A DNA stretch of 64,000 bases from Candidatus Polarisedimenticolaceae bacterium. Lineage in GTDB: Bacteria > Pseudomonadota > Gammaproteobacteria > Chromatiales > Chromatiaceae. The stretch lies in assembly GCA_021647945.1 (NCBI GenBank), contig JAKITT010000008.1, positions 569 through 64,568 of the forward strand, written 5' to 3'. The position numbers were made by a program, and so were the translations under genes. Positions 56,696-64,000 of the stretch are shown piece after piece; the stretch's first letter is position 1, and every line of letters starts with the position of its first letter. The notes beneath the pieces were generated by a model. The model did not search any database, was not told the origin of the DNA, and was given only the letters and a program-made list of their open reading frames with translations.

Positions 56696-57883
56696 TTATC
56701 CACCAAGCCGCTGAAGATAATGGTGAAAAAGAGCGGGATTGCATGCCTTTAACGCCTTTCTGTTTGCCATAAAATCGCTGTCAACGGTTAGTAATTGGCC
56801 ATCCATTAGCGCCAGGGTAAGTAACCACGCCTCGGGTGGTTTTGTCGGCAATCCATCCATGTTGGCCAGTTGTTTGCTCAGTCCCGGTTCGTTAACCATG
56901 ACCCAGGCGGGGAAATCTTGGTTGGGTAGTTCCGGCTCCAGCTCAATGAAGTTTTGCCAGCGTCGTCGCCAGGGTGGTTCGGCCTCCAGCCGGATAGGTT
57001 CAGCCTGGTCGGGGAAGTGCCAACAGAGTAGGAACCAGTCTGACACAGCCTCCGTCTCCTGATGCAAGCGTCCACAGGCTTGGGCATGACGACGGATCAG
57101 CAGCGGCTGTTGTTGCCATGCTTGCTCAGACGCTACGTTGGTTTTCACTTGCTGCCAGTCCATCGCTTGCATGGCGCTGTAACTGCTATGTAGTTGTGGC
57201 GTTTCGGCATCAAACGCCCGCCCTCTTAAGGCTAGTGTCAGCCGGTGCCATTGTGGCGTGAGAAAGTGCCGACTGCCAGACTCCAGTAGATCAGCTGCAA
57301 GTGGTGATAACTCTTGTTGTAGACGGTTGAGCAGCTCAGCCGGGGCATTGACGGGTAATGTGAGCGCTTCAGCGGCCTCCACCAGTTGCTCCAGACCGCC
57401 GAGTCGGTTGTTTCCTGGATCGCTATCAAATAGCTGATTCAGTAGACGTCTCGCCTCAGGGTAGTTGCGTTCGATCAATGCCTGGGTGGTGCCGTTGACC
57501 AGAACGGTGCCGGTAGAATCCATGAAGAGATCTAGTTGAGGAATATCGGCAGATTTACGGTAACGGGTATGGAAAAGGCCATTAAATGCAGAATTGGCGC
57601 TGAAGCAGAGGGTGCTGTTTCCGCTGTTGCCCCACACTGAATAGTGGAGCCTCTCGGCGATAAGGTTGAGTTTGTCTGCATACCCGGCGGCCTCACTTAG
57701 TAACTGTTTGCACTGTTTGGGATCGCCAAACAGGGTACTCTCCAGTTCGGATAACTCACCGCCTCGCCAGGACTCATAATCACAGTAGAGAAGCCTGCCC
57801 TCAGCTAGCAGTAGCTCTAATGGCGTGTAGTAACCCTGCTCCATCAGCAGTTGATCTACGGCTTGCTGGGTCTTCTGGTTCAT
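56696..57883 (-). CDS. Hypothetical 395-aa protein downstream of the SWIM-SNF2 helicase
   Basis: Long ORF on the same strand as the helicase, with coding-like composition. Rich in W, Q and L, with no motif I can name. Confidence 0.6.
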   Translation of the reverse strand: MNQKTQQAVDQLLMEQGYYTPLELLLAEGRLLYCDYESWRGGELSELESTLFGDPKQCKQLLSEAAGYADKLNLIAERLHYSVWGNSGNSTLCFSANSAFNGLFHTRYRKSADIPQLDLFMDSTGTVLVNGTTQALIERNYPEARRLLNQLFDSDPGNNRLGGLEQLVEAAEALTLPVNAPAELLNRLQQELSPLAADLLESGSRHFLTPQWHRLTLALRGRAFDAETPQLHSSYSAMQAMDWQQVKTNVASEQAWQQQPLLIRRHAQACGRLHQETEAVSDWFLLCWHFPDQAEPIRLEAEPPWRRRWQNFIELEPELPNQDFPAWVMVNEPGLSKQLANMDGLPTKPPEAWLLTLALMDGQLLTVDSDFMANRKALKACNPALFHHYLQRLGG

Positions 57884-58010
57884 TTTTTACGGCTGTTCAG
57901 CATATTGGGAGCGTGATTGAAAAATCATTATTTTAGCCGGGAATAGACGCAGATGAACATCTATTTTTTCCTGGTTAGCTGTAACTCAGCTGTGCGATGC
58001 AGGGACAACA

Positions 58011-58085
58011 TGTAGCCTGGATGTAGCGAAGCGAAATCCGGGGGAGGTCTATTCCTGGATACCGTTGCACTGCATCCAGTGCTAC
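58011..58085. repeat. REP-like palindromic unit in the helicase/partner spacer
   Basis: TGTAGCCTGGATGTAGCGAAGCGAAATCCGGGGG...GCACTGCATCCAGTGCTACA. Hairpin-forming, and related to 50098-50130. Confidence 0.55.
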
Positions 58086-58199
58086 AGGGAGACATGGCAT
58101 GGCACTAATCAGTGTTTTTTGACAAGATTATTGCAAAGCAACAACTCTATTCCCCTTAATTATTTGCGTTCATACGCATATATTTGTGGCTGAACTTCT

Positions 58200-61100
58200 C
58201 TAGCCTAGTGGCTCAAACATGGCATCAAGATCCGCTTCGCTCCACCACTCATTGTGGCTATCGGTGTGCTCAAAAAGGCTGTCGGCGAGCTGCTGTTTGC
58301 GGGCCTGCATCGCCTGGATATTCTCTTCGACGCTGCCTGCGGTGATCAGCTTATAGACAAATACCGGGTTTGATTGGCCAATTCGGTGCGCCCGGTCGGT
58401 GGCTTGGCGCTCTACGGCGGGGTTCCACCATGGATCGTAATGTATCACGCAATCGGCGCGGGTGAGGTTGAGGCCAACGCCGCCTGCTTTTAAGCTGATC
58501 AGGAACAGTGGCACCTCACCCTGCTGAAAACGTTCGATCTGGCGGGCGCGGTTGACGGTCTTACCGGTCAATTTTGCATAGCCGATATCGACCCTTTTGA
58601 GCGCTATTTCGATCAGTTCTAACATGCCGGTAAATTGCGAGAAGAGCAGTATCCGTCGCCCCTCTGCAATCATCTCTGGCAGCATCTCCATCAGCAGATC
58701 TAACTTGGCAGAGCGGCGGGTGCCTGCGGCACTCTCGCTGGGGAGTAGACGAGGGTCACAGCAGACTTGGCGCATCCTCAATAGGGCATTGAGGATCAGA
58801 ATACGGCACTGGCCAATGCCCTTTTCTGCCACCGCCGTTTTGATTTTATTGCGCATATCGCGGCGGATCTTTTCATAGAGTGCCCGTTGCTCACCCTCCA
58901 GCTCTACGCTACGTACGATTTCGGTCTTGGCGGGCAGCTCAGTGGCGACCTCCTGTTTGGTGCGACGCAACATAAATGGGCGTAACCAGCCGGCCAGCCG
59001 TTGGCTGATCTCCTGATTGCCTGACTTCTCGATAGGGTTGCGAATCATTCTTTTAAACTGCTGCTCTGCCCCCAGCAGCCCCGGTAGCAGAAAGTCAAAG
59101 AGCGCCCACAGTTCACCGAGATGATTCTCCATCGGTGTCCCTGTTAGGCAGAGCCGGTGTCTGGCGGGGATCTCCCGCACCAGCTGGCTGACTTTGGCTT
59201 GTGGGTTCTTGATGAGCTGCGCCTCATCCAGAATGAGCAGATGAAAACGCTGTCGGCAGATTGTTTTGTAATCACGCAGCAGCAGAGGGTAAGTGGTGAT
59301 GATCAGGTCGTTATAGGGGATGTCGGCGAACCGTTTCTGCCGTGCTTGACCGTGCAGGATCAACACCTTGAGATCGGGCGTAAAGCGCCGTGCCTCCTGA
59401 CGCCAGTTGACCACCAGGCTGGTGGGGGCGATAACGAGACAAGGGTGTTGCAGGCGACCCTGCTCCTTCTCCATCAAGATGTGAGCCAGTGCCTGAATGG
59501 TTTTTCCTAGCCCCATGTCATCCGCCAGGATGCCTGCCAATTCGTTGTCACGTAGAAATTGTAGCCACGCTAGCCCTTGCTGCTGATAGTCGCGTAGATT
59601 GGCCTGTAGCCCGTTGGGTGGGGCCACCTCGGTGGGGTGTGATAACTGCCGCAAGCGTTCTGCCAATGCGCGCACCTCACTGCGGTCAAGCCAGTGGCTC
59701 TCGGTTGTTCCATCGTCGTTGCTTAAACTATTCAGGCGGATGAGTTGGCTCTTAGTGAGGGGGAGATAGCCCGCCTTATCCAGAGCGTCGGCCTGAAAGA
59801 GTTCAAAAAGGTTGTCCAGTATCGGCTGGATCTTTGCCATCGGCGTGGCCACCCATTGTCCATCTTCAAGGGGCAGATAGAAGCAGTGCTGAGGTGATAA
59901 TAGGTGCAGCCGATTCCATCCCTGTTGGTGCAGAAGGGGAGTCAGTTCTGGCAGTAGATTGATCGGTTCACCATCCACTTGTACACCGAAACTGAAGCGG
60001 TAGCTGCCACCATGCTCCGTCGGTTCGAGGGTGGTGAACCACTCTTCTACAATGGCCAAGCGGTAGCTAAAGTGATCATCAACCTTAATCTGCCAGCCTT
60101 GCTCTTTCAGGTGAGTGAGGGGTTGCTGCTGTAGTTTGAACCAGGCCTCTGGGCTATTTTTTAGGCTGAAGATGTCCTCCATGTTTTTGTTTTTGATGCT
60201 GCGTAGGCCGGTTGCCCACAGCTGCTCGATACAGGCCTCTTCAAATGCCTGCTGTCGTGCCACCTGAATTACCTTATCGCCCTGTAGAAATTGAGATGGC
60301 TGTGCTCTACAGAGTTGTAGGCCGTGATAATCAAAGCTGAGCCTGATTTGATGGCTTGCTGGCGTGTCAGTTGTACGGCTGGAGAGCGTGGTGAAATGCA
60401 GGTGTGGTGTGGGTTGGCATGCTGCCAGTTGTTCCAGTTTTAGCGGTTTAGGTGAGGTGATCTGAAGGGCTGGATGATCCGCCATTAACGCTTGGTAGTA
60501 GTGCGCAACCTGTAGTGGGTTCATGGCGGGTTGGTGCAGCATCTTCTCGATGATGGGTGCGGGCAGTGCTGTTGTCAGCGCTCCACACTCACCCGATTGT
60601 GGGTCAAGGTAGTGAGCAGCAGGCATCAGAAACAGTATGGTGGCTGAGGGTTCTATCTTGAGTTCGGGCTGCTGGTTACCTTGTGTGTCAAGTCGCCACT
60701 GTAGTGTGCCGGTGCGGCGCTTGCCCCTCTTCAGTGGCTGCTCAAGCTGGCCTAAAAAACAGCGGCCGCTCTCAAGCATATGCTGCAACATCTGACGACC
60801 ATGCGTGCCGTGTAGTCGGCGTCGCTGTTGATGCGGTTTGAGCGGCAATTTATCCAGTGCTGCAAGCAGTTGTTGGTCGCTATCAAGCAGATAGCGTGGT
60901 GCAGTTCCAGAGCAGGCCCAGCTTGGCTCGTAGGCCAGTAGATGGCTATAACCGCCGCCTTTGACCTGCTTGGCGGAGAATGTGCAGATCTCAATGCCGT
61001 CGATGTCATTAGTGGTTGGGAAGAGTAGATAGAGCAGCCGTTGCTGGATATGTGCCGGGTAGTCAGATGTTGCGGTTTGGCTTGTAAGCGGTGCTATAGA

Positions 61101-61412
61101 GGTCGTGCTGATATTATCTGTCGATGCCTCCGCTAGGGCTTTGAGCAGAACGGCGGCAATGTGCTGGCAGTGCTTCTTGCCACAACAGCTGCATTCGCCC
61201 TGAATGGAGGTTGAGTGCCCCTCCTCACTGTCGGCGATGCGGATATAGATGCGGATGGGGGCTTCATCTGGGATGCGGATCAATGATGTGATCAGCTGCC
61301 CGCTGTGCCGAATATCGGGTGCGGTCAGCTGCTCACGTGCTAAGAGGGCATCGGCGTCGAGCAGTACAGAGGGGTCGAAAAGCGCTTGAAGATCGACATG
61401 AGAGAACAGCAT
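58200..61412 (-). CDS. SNF2-family helicase with N-terminal SWIM zinc finger
   Basis: SWIM CxC...CxH (CSCCGKKHCQHIAAVLL). Helicase motifs ILADDMGLGKT (I), LILDEAQLIKN (II), LTGTPMEN (III), LISLKAGGVGLNLT (V) and DPWWNPAVERQATDRAHRIGQ (VI). Confidence 0.9.
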   Translation of the reverse strand: MLFSHVDLQALFDPSVLLDADALLAREQLTAPDIRHSGQLITSLIRIPDEAPIRIYIRIADSEEGHSTSIQGECSCCGKKHCQHIAAVLLKALAEASTDNISTTSIAPLTSQTATSDYPAHIQQRLLYLLFPTTNDIDGIEICTFSAKQVKGGGYSHLLAYEPSWACSGTAPRYLLDSDQQLLAALDKLPLKPHQQRRRLHGTHGRQMLQHMLESGRCFLGQLEQPLKRGKRRTGTLQWRLDTQGNQQPELKIEPSATILFLMPAAHYLDPQSGECGALTTALPAPIIEKMLHQPAMNPLQVAHYYQALMADHPALQITSPKPLKLEQLAACQPTPHLHFTTLSSRTTDTPASHQIRLSFDYHGLQLCRAQPSQFLQGDKVIQVARQQAFEEACIEQLWATGLRSIKNKNMEDIFSLKNSPEAWFKLQQQPLTHLKEQGWQIKVDDHFSYRLAIVEEWFTTLEPTEHGGSYRFSFGVQVDGEPINLLPELTPLLHQQGWNRLHLLSPQHCFYLPLEDGQWVATPMAKIQPILDNLFELFQADALDKAGYLPLTKSQLIRLNSLSNDDGTTESHWLDRSEVRALAERLRQLSHPTEVAPPNGLQANLRDYQQQGLAWLQFLRDNELAGILADDMGLGKTIQALAHILMEKEQGRLQHPCLVIAPTSLVVNWRQEARRFTPDLKVLILHGQARQKRFADIPYNDLIITTYPLLLRDYKTICRQRFHLLILDEAQLIKNPQAKVSQLVREIPARHRLCLTGTPMENHLGELWALFDFLLPGLLGAEQQFKRMIRNPIEKSGNQEISQRLAGWLRPFMLRRTKQEVATELPAKTEIVRSVELEGEQRALYEKIRRDMRNKIKTAVAEKGIGQCRILILNALLRMRQVCCDPRLLPSESAAGTRRSAKLDLLMEMLPEMIAEGRRILLFSQFTGMLELIEIALKRVDIGYAKLTGKTVNRARQIERFQQGEVPLFLISLKAGGVGLNLTRADCVIHYDPWWNPAVERQATDRAHRIGQSNPVFVYKLITAGSVEENIQAMQARKQQLADSLFEHTDSHNEWWSEADLDAMFEPLG

Positions 61413-61502
61413 GGTAGGTGGTTGGTAACCATTCCAGTCAAATGTAGAGATCCGGCTGAGAGGCCAGTGGAGCTATGGGCAGCCCGCAGGGGTGCCGCTG
61501 TA

Positions 61503-62063
61503 TCAAGTGCTGGTTTTCTGCGCTCTCTGCTCAGCTGGAGCGGAGTAGTCGATATCCTCAACAATCACGACATCATCATTTGGGTAGCGGATGATCATAT
61601 CATCAGGCAATTTGCACTGTTTGGCCAAGTGCATGGCATCTGACTCCATCACGATCAAGATGAGTACGGTGACTAAGGTGGGCAGGATGCCTACACCGCC
61701 AACAGTGGCATAAGCGGCTATCTTCATCATGCCAAAGTAGGCGTAGCCAACCCAGCCGAGGCCCGCAACGCAGGACATCATAAGTAGCATGCCGATAAAG
61801 AGGCGGCTACGCCTGGCGGCAATTTGCCAATGACACATCACAAACCAAGAGTCGGTTTTCTTGGCCTGTCTTGCACGCCATAGGGTGTAGATCAAGGTAC
61901 AGAAAGAGATGACAGGAACCATTGCCAGGGGCTGCCAATAGCTGCCGACCATGCCGAGGGCGGAGACAAACATAAGTATATGATTCCCCGCCATATTGGT
62001 TATAAAAATTTCATGTGGAATGCGCGCTTTTTTCCACTCTTCTTCCGCAATCTCAAATTTCAT
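61503..62063 (-). CDS. Hypothetical membrane protein (about 4 TM)
   Basis: Hydrophobic helices. I place the start at ATG 62063 (MKFEIAEEEW...). It lies on the same strand directly upstream of the helicase. Confidence 0.5.
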   Translation of the reverse strand: MKFEIAEEEWKKARIPHEIFITNMAGNHILMFVSALGMVGSYWQPLAMVPVISFCTLIYTLWRARQAKKTDSWFVMCHWQIAARRSRLFIGMLLMMSCVAGLGWVGYAYFGMMKIAAYATVGGVGILPTLVTVLILIVMESDAMHLAKQCKLPDDMIIRYPNDDVVIVEDIDYSAPAEQRAQKTST

Positions 62064-62315
62064 TGGCAAACCTATACAAGACCGCAATCACTGCGGTTTT
62101 TAGATCTAAATTACACTGGTGAAGAGGGAGAGGCTACCACTTTCCGTTCTATATTGCATAGAGGCTCTCTAGGTTGATTGTGCCGCAATTTCACACGGTT
62201 GAATGTCTGTTTGAGGCGCTTGTAGTACTAAATCATAGCAGCCATCGAAAGCGGAGAAATCGGTTTATCCGGCCATGGCATGCGCTTCTTAGTAGTTTAG
62301 CTCCTTAGACAATAC

Positions 62316-62329
62316 TTGACATTTGTCAA
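62316..62329. promoter_or_regulatory. FNR/ANR box upstream of ccoN
   Basis: TTGAC-ATTT-GTCAA is a perfect palindrome matching TTGAT-N4-ATCAA at 8 of 10 half-site positions. It lies about 110 nt upstream of the ccoN ATG. cbb3 oxidase operons are classic FNR/ANR targets. Confidence 0.7.
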
Positions 62330-62434
62330 GGATGGGAGTGATATATGTGACACTTCCGCATATCCCGGTTTTTTTAGGGATTGACGGTTAGGCAGAAAAA
62401 TTATTTTAGTTCATAACATTTTTAAGGGGGGTTC

Positions 62435-63868
62435 ATGGACGCCGTAGCTGAGCAGAAGTACGACTTTGACGTTGTACGCTGGTTCTCCGTCATGGCAGTA
62501 GTCTACCTAGTGGTAGGTGCTTCTGTCGGAGTCTATATCGCTTCAGAACTGGCATGGCCAGTGCTGAATTTTGATATTCCGTACATAACTTTTGGGCGTT
62601 TACGTCCGCTTCACACGAACGCTGTTATTTTTGCGTTTGGCGGCTGTACCTTGATGGCAACAGCGTTCTACAGTGTTCAACGCACCTGTGGTGTCAGACT
62701 CTGGAGTAACAAGCTGGCATGGTTCACCTTTTGGGGCTGGAATCTGGTCATCGTCTCTGCAGTCATCACCCTGCCACTGGGTCTTACCCAGGGTAAAGAG
62801 TATGCCGAGCTAGAGTGGCCTATTGATATCGCGATTGCGGTGGTATGGCTCTCATACTTCCTTAACTTCGTGATGACCGTTGCAACTCGCAAAAGCTCAC
62901 ACATCTACGTGTCGAACTGGTTCTTCATCGCCATGATGATCATGATCACCTATCTTCATGTTGTGAACAGCTTGGCTATTCCGGTTGGTCTGATGGACTC
63001 ATACTCCATCTTCTCCGGCGTACAAGATGCGATGATCCAGTGGTGGTGGGGCCATAATGCAGTAGGTTTCTACCTGACGGGTGGCTTCCTAGGAATTATG
63101 TACTACTTCGTACCTAAACAGGCGGGTCGTCCTGTCTACTCATACAGCCTCTCAGTGATTCACTTCTGGGCACTGACCTTTGGTTATGTATGGTTGGGTG
63201 CGCATCATCTGCAATACACCGCTCTTCCAGATTGGACCGGTTCATTGGCTGCTGCTGTATCGCTGGCTATGATCATCCCATCATGGGGTGGCGCGCTGAA
63301 CGGCATGATGACTCTCTCTGGTGCATGGGACAAACTGCGTACCGATTACGTGCTTCGCTTCCTGATTATGTCACTGGCTTTCTATGCTATGTCGACCTTT
63401 GAAGGTCCTGTGATGGCAATCAAAACCGTCAACGCCCTCTCTCACTACACTGACTGGACTATCGGTCATGTGCACTCTGGTGCGTTGGGTTGGGTAGCTA
63501 TGGTTGCTATTGGTGCCATCTACCACATGATGATCCGTCTGTTCCACACTGAGATGTGGTCAGTGAAACTGATCAATGCCCACTTCTGGTTGGCAACGAT
63601 CGGTGCGGTGGTCTACATCATTGCGATGTGGGTATCAGGAATCATGCAGGGGCTGATGTGGAGAGCCTACGATGACTACGGCACATTGGCTTACACCTTT
63701 GCTGAGTCTGTAGAGGCGATGCATCCTTACTACGCTATGCGTGCTGTGGGTGGTGCTATCTTCTTGTCGGGTGCGGTTCTGATGCTGATTAACGTCATCA
63801 TGACTGTTCTTAAGTCTTCATCTGAAGGCAGTCTACAGCAGGCTCGTACTGCTCCAGTTTCTGCATAA
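62435..63868 (+). CDS. ccoN: cbb3-type cytochrome c oxidase subunit I
   Basis: 477 aa, 12+ TM, with [10 protein letters not shown] and [12 protein letters not shown] heme/Cu ligand regions. Confidence 0.95.
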   Translation: MDAVAEQKYDFDVVRWFSVMAVVYLVVGASVGVYIASELAWPVLNFDIPYITFGRLRPLHTNAVIFAFGGCTLMATAFYSVQRTCGVRLWSNKLAWFTFWGWNLVIVSAVITLPLGLTQGKEYAELEWPIDIAIAVVWLSYFLNFVMTVATRKSSHIYVSNWFFIAMMIMITYLHVVNSLAIPVGLMDSYSIFSGVQDAMIQWWWGHNAVGFYLTGGFLGIMYYFVPKQAGRPVYSYSLSVIHFWALTFGYVWLGAHHLQYTALPDWTGSLAAAVSLAMIIPSWGGALNGMMTLSGAWDKLRTDYVLRFLIMSLAFYAMSTFEGPVMAIKTVNALSHYTDWTIGHVHSGALGWVAMVAIGAIYHMMIRLFHTEMWSVKLINAHFWLATIGAVVYIIAMWVSGIMQGLMWRAYDDYGTLAYTFAESVEAMHPYYAMRAVGGAIFLSGAVLMLINVIMTVLKSSSEGSLQQARTAPVSA

Positions 63869-63881
63869 GGGAGGATCTAAA

Positions 63882-64000
63882 ATGTCGAATAACAATGAAA
63901 CAGGTGGCCTCCAAAGCAAATTGGAAGTCAATGTCTGGGCTTTTGTTCTAGTCACCGCGCTTGCGCTTTCGGTCGGTGGTATCGTCGAAATTGTTCCGCT
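63882..64000 (+). CDS. ccoO: cbb3-type cytochrome c oxidase subunit II, N-terminal fragment (runs off the window)
   Basis: My own translation gives MSNNNETGGLQSKLEVNVWAFVLVTALALSVGGIVEIVP. The SVGGIVEIVP anchor is typical of CcoO. GGGAGG RBS upstream. Confidence 0.85.
   Translation, partial: MSNNNETGGLQSKLEVNVWAFVLVTALALSVGGIVEIVP

Overview
This is a 64-kb chromosomal window from a moderately GC-rich, Gammaproteobacteria-like genome. The gene content resembles chemoautotrophic sulfur-oxidiser or symbiont lineages such as Sedimenticola and tubeworm-symbiont relatives, but that assignment is inference only. I support about 55 protein genes. I saw no rRNA, tRNA, CRISPR array, integrase or transposase gene. 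Housekeeping backbone: comM (partial), ubiK, glnK-amtB behind a sigma-54 promoter, purE, tsaC, hemB, aroE, a gamma-carbonic anhydrase, prlC, ttcA, and ccoN-ccoO (cbb3 oxidase) behind a perfect FNR box. The most striking content is carbon and redox metabolism typical of a reductive TCA (rTCA) cycle. It includes a 1200-aa pyruvate:ferredoxin oxidoreductase with an adjacent ferredoxin-NADP reductase, a monomeric isocitrate dehydrogenase, and a two-gene ATP-citrate-lyase-like pair whose large subunit is unusually long. Malate dehydrogenase follows, with citrate synthase divergently transcribed. There is also a tightly packed nine-gene operon (6.7-16.0 kb) that places a soluble, apparently non-covalent-FAD fumarate reductase (FrdBA-like) between HdrCB-like and HdrA/MvhD/Flx-like subunits. 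I interpret this operon as a candidate NAD(P)H-dependent, electron-bifurcating fumarate reductase. Signalling genes include a GGDEF cyclase, two response regulators, a LysM/FecR protein with a CHASE2 histidine kinase, an FNR-like regulator and a PAS-only protein. Accessory features: (1) an AT-rich single-gene cassette encoding a 466-aa protein with an N-terminal PD-(D/E)xK nuclease motif, bracketed by inverted repeats of about 230 and 280 bp. (2) A SWIM-SNF2 helicase with an uncharacterised 395-aa partner next to an AT-rich islet of orphan ORFs. (3) Several non-autonomous repeat families, including two MITE-like elements inserted exactly at gene stop codons and REP-like palindromes. (4) A triplicated about 45-80-bp module around a PEP-CTERM protein gene.
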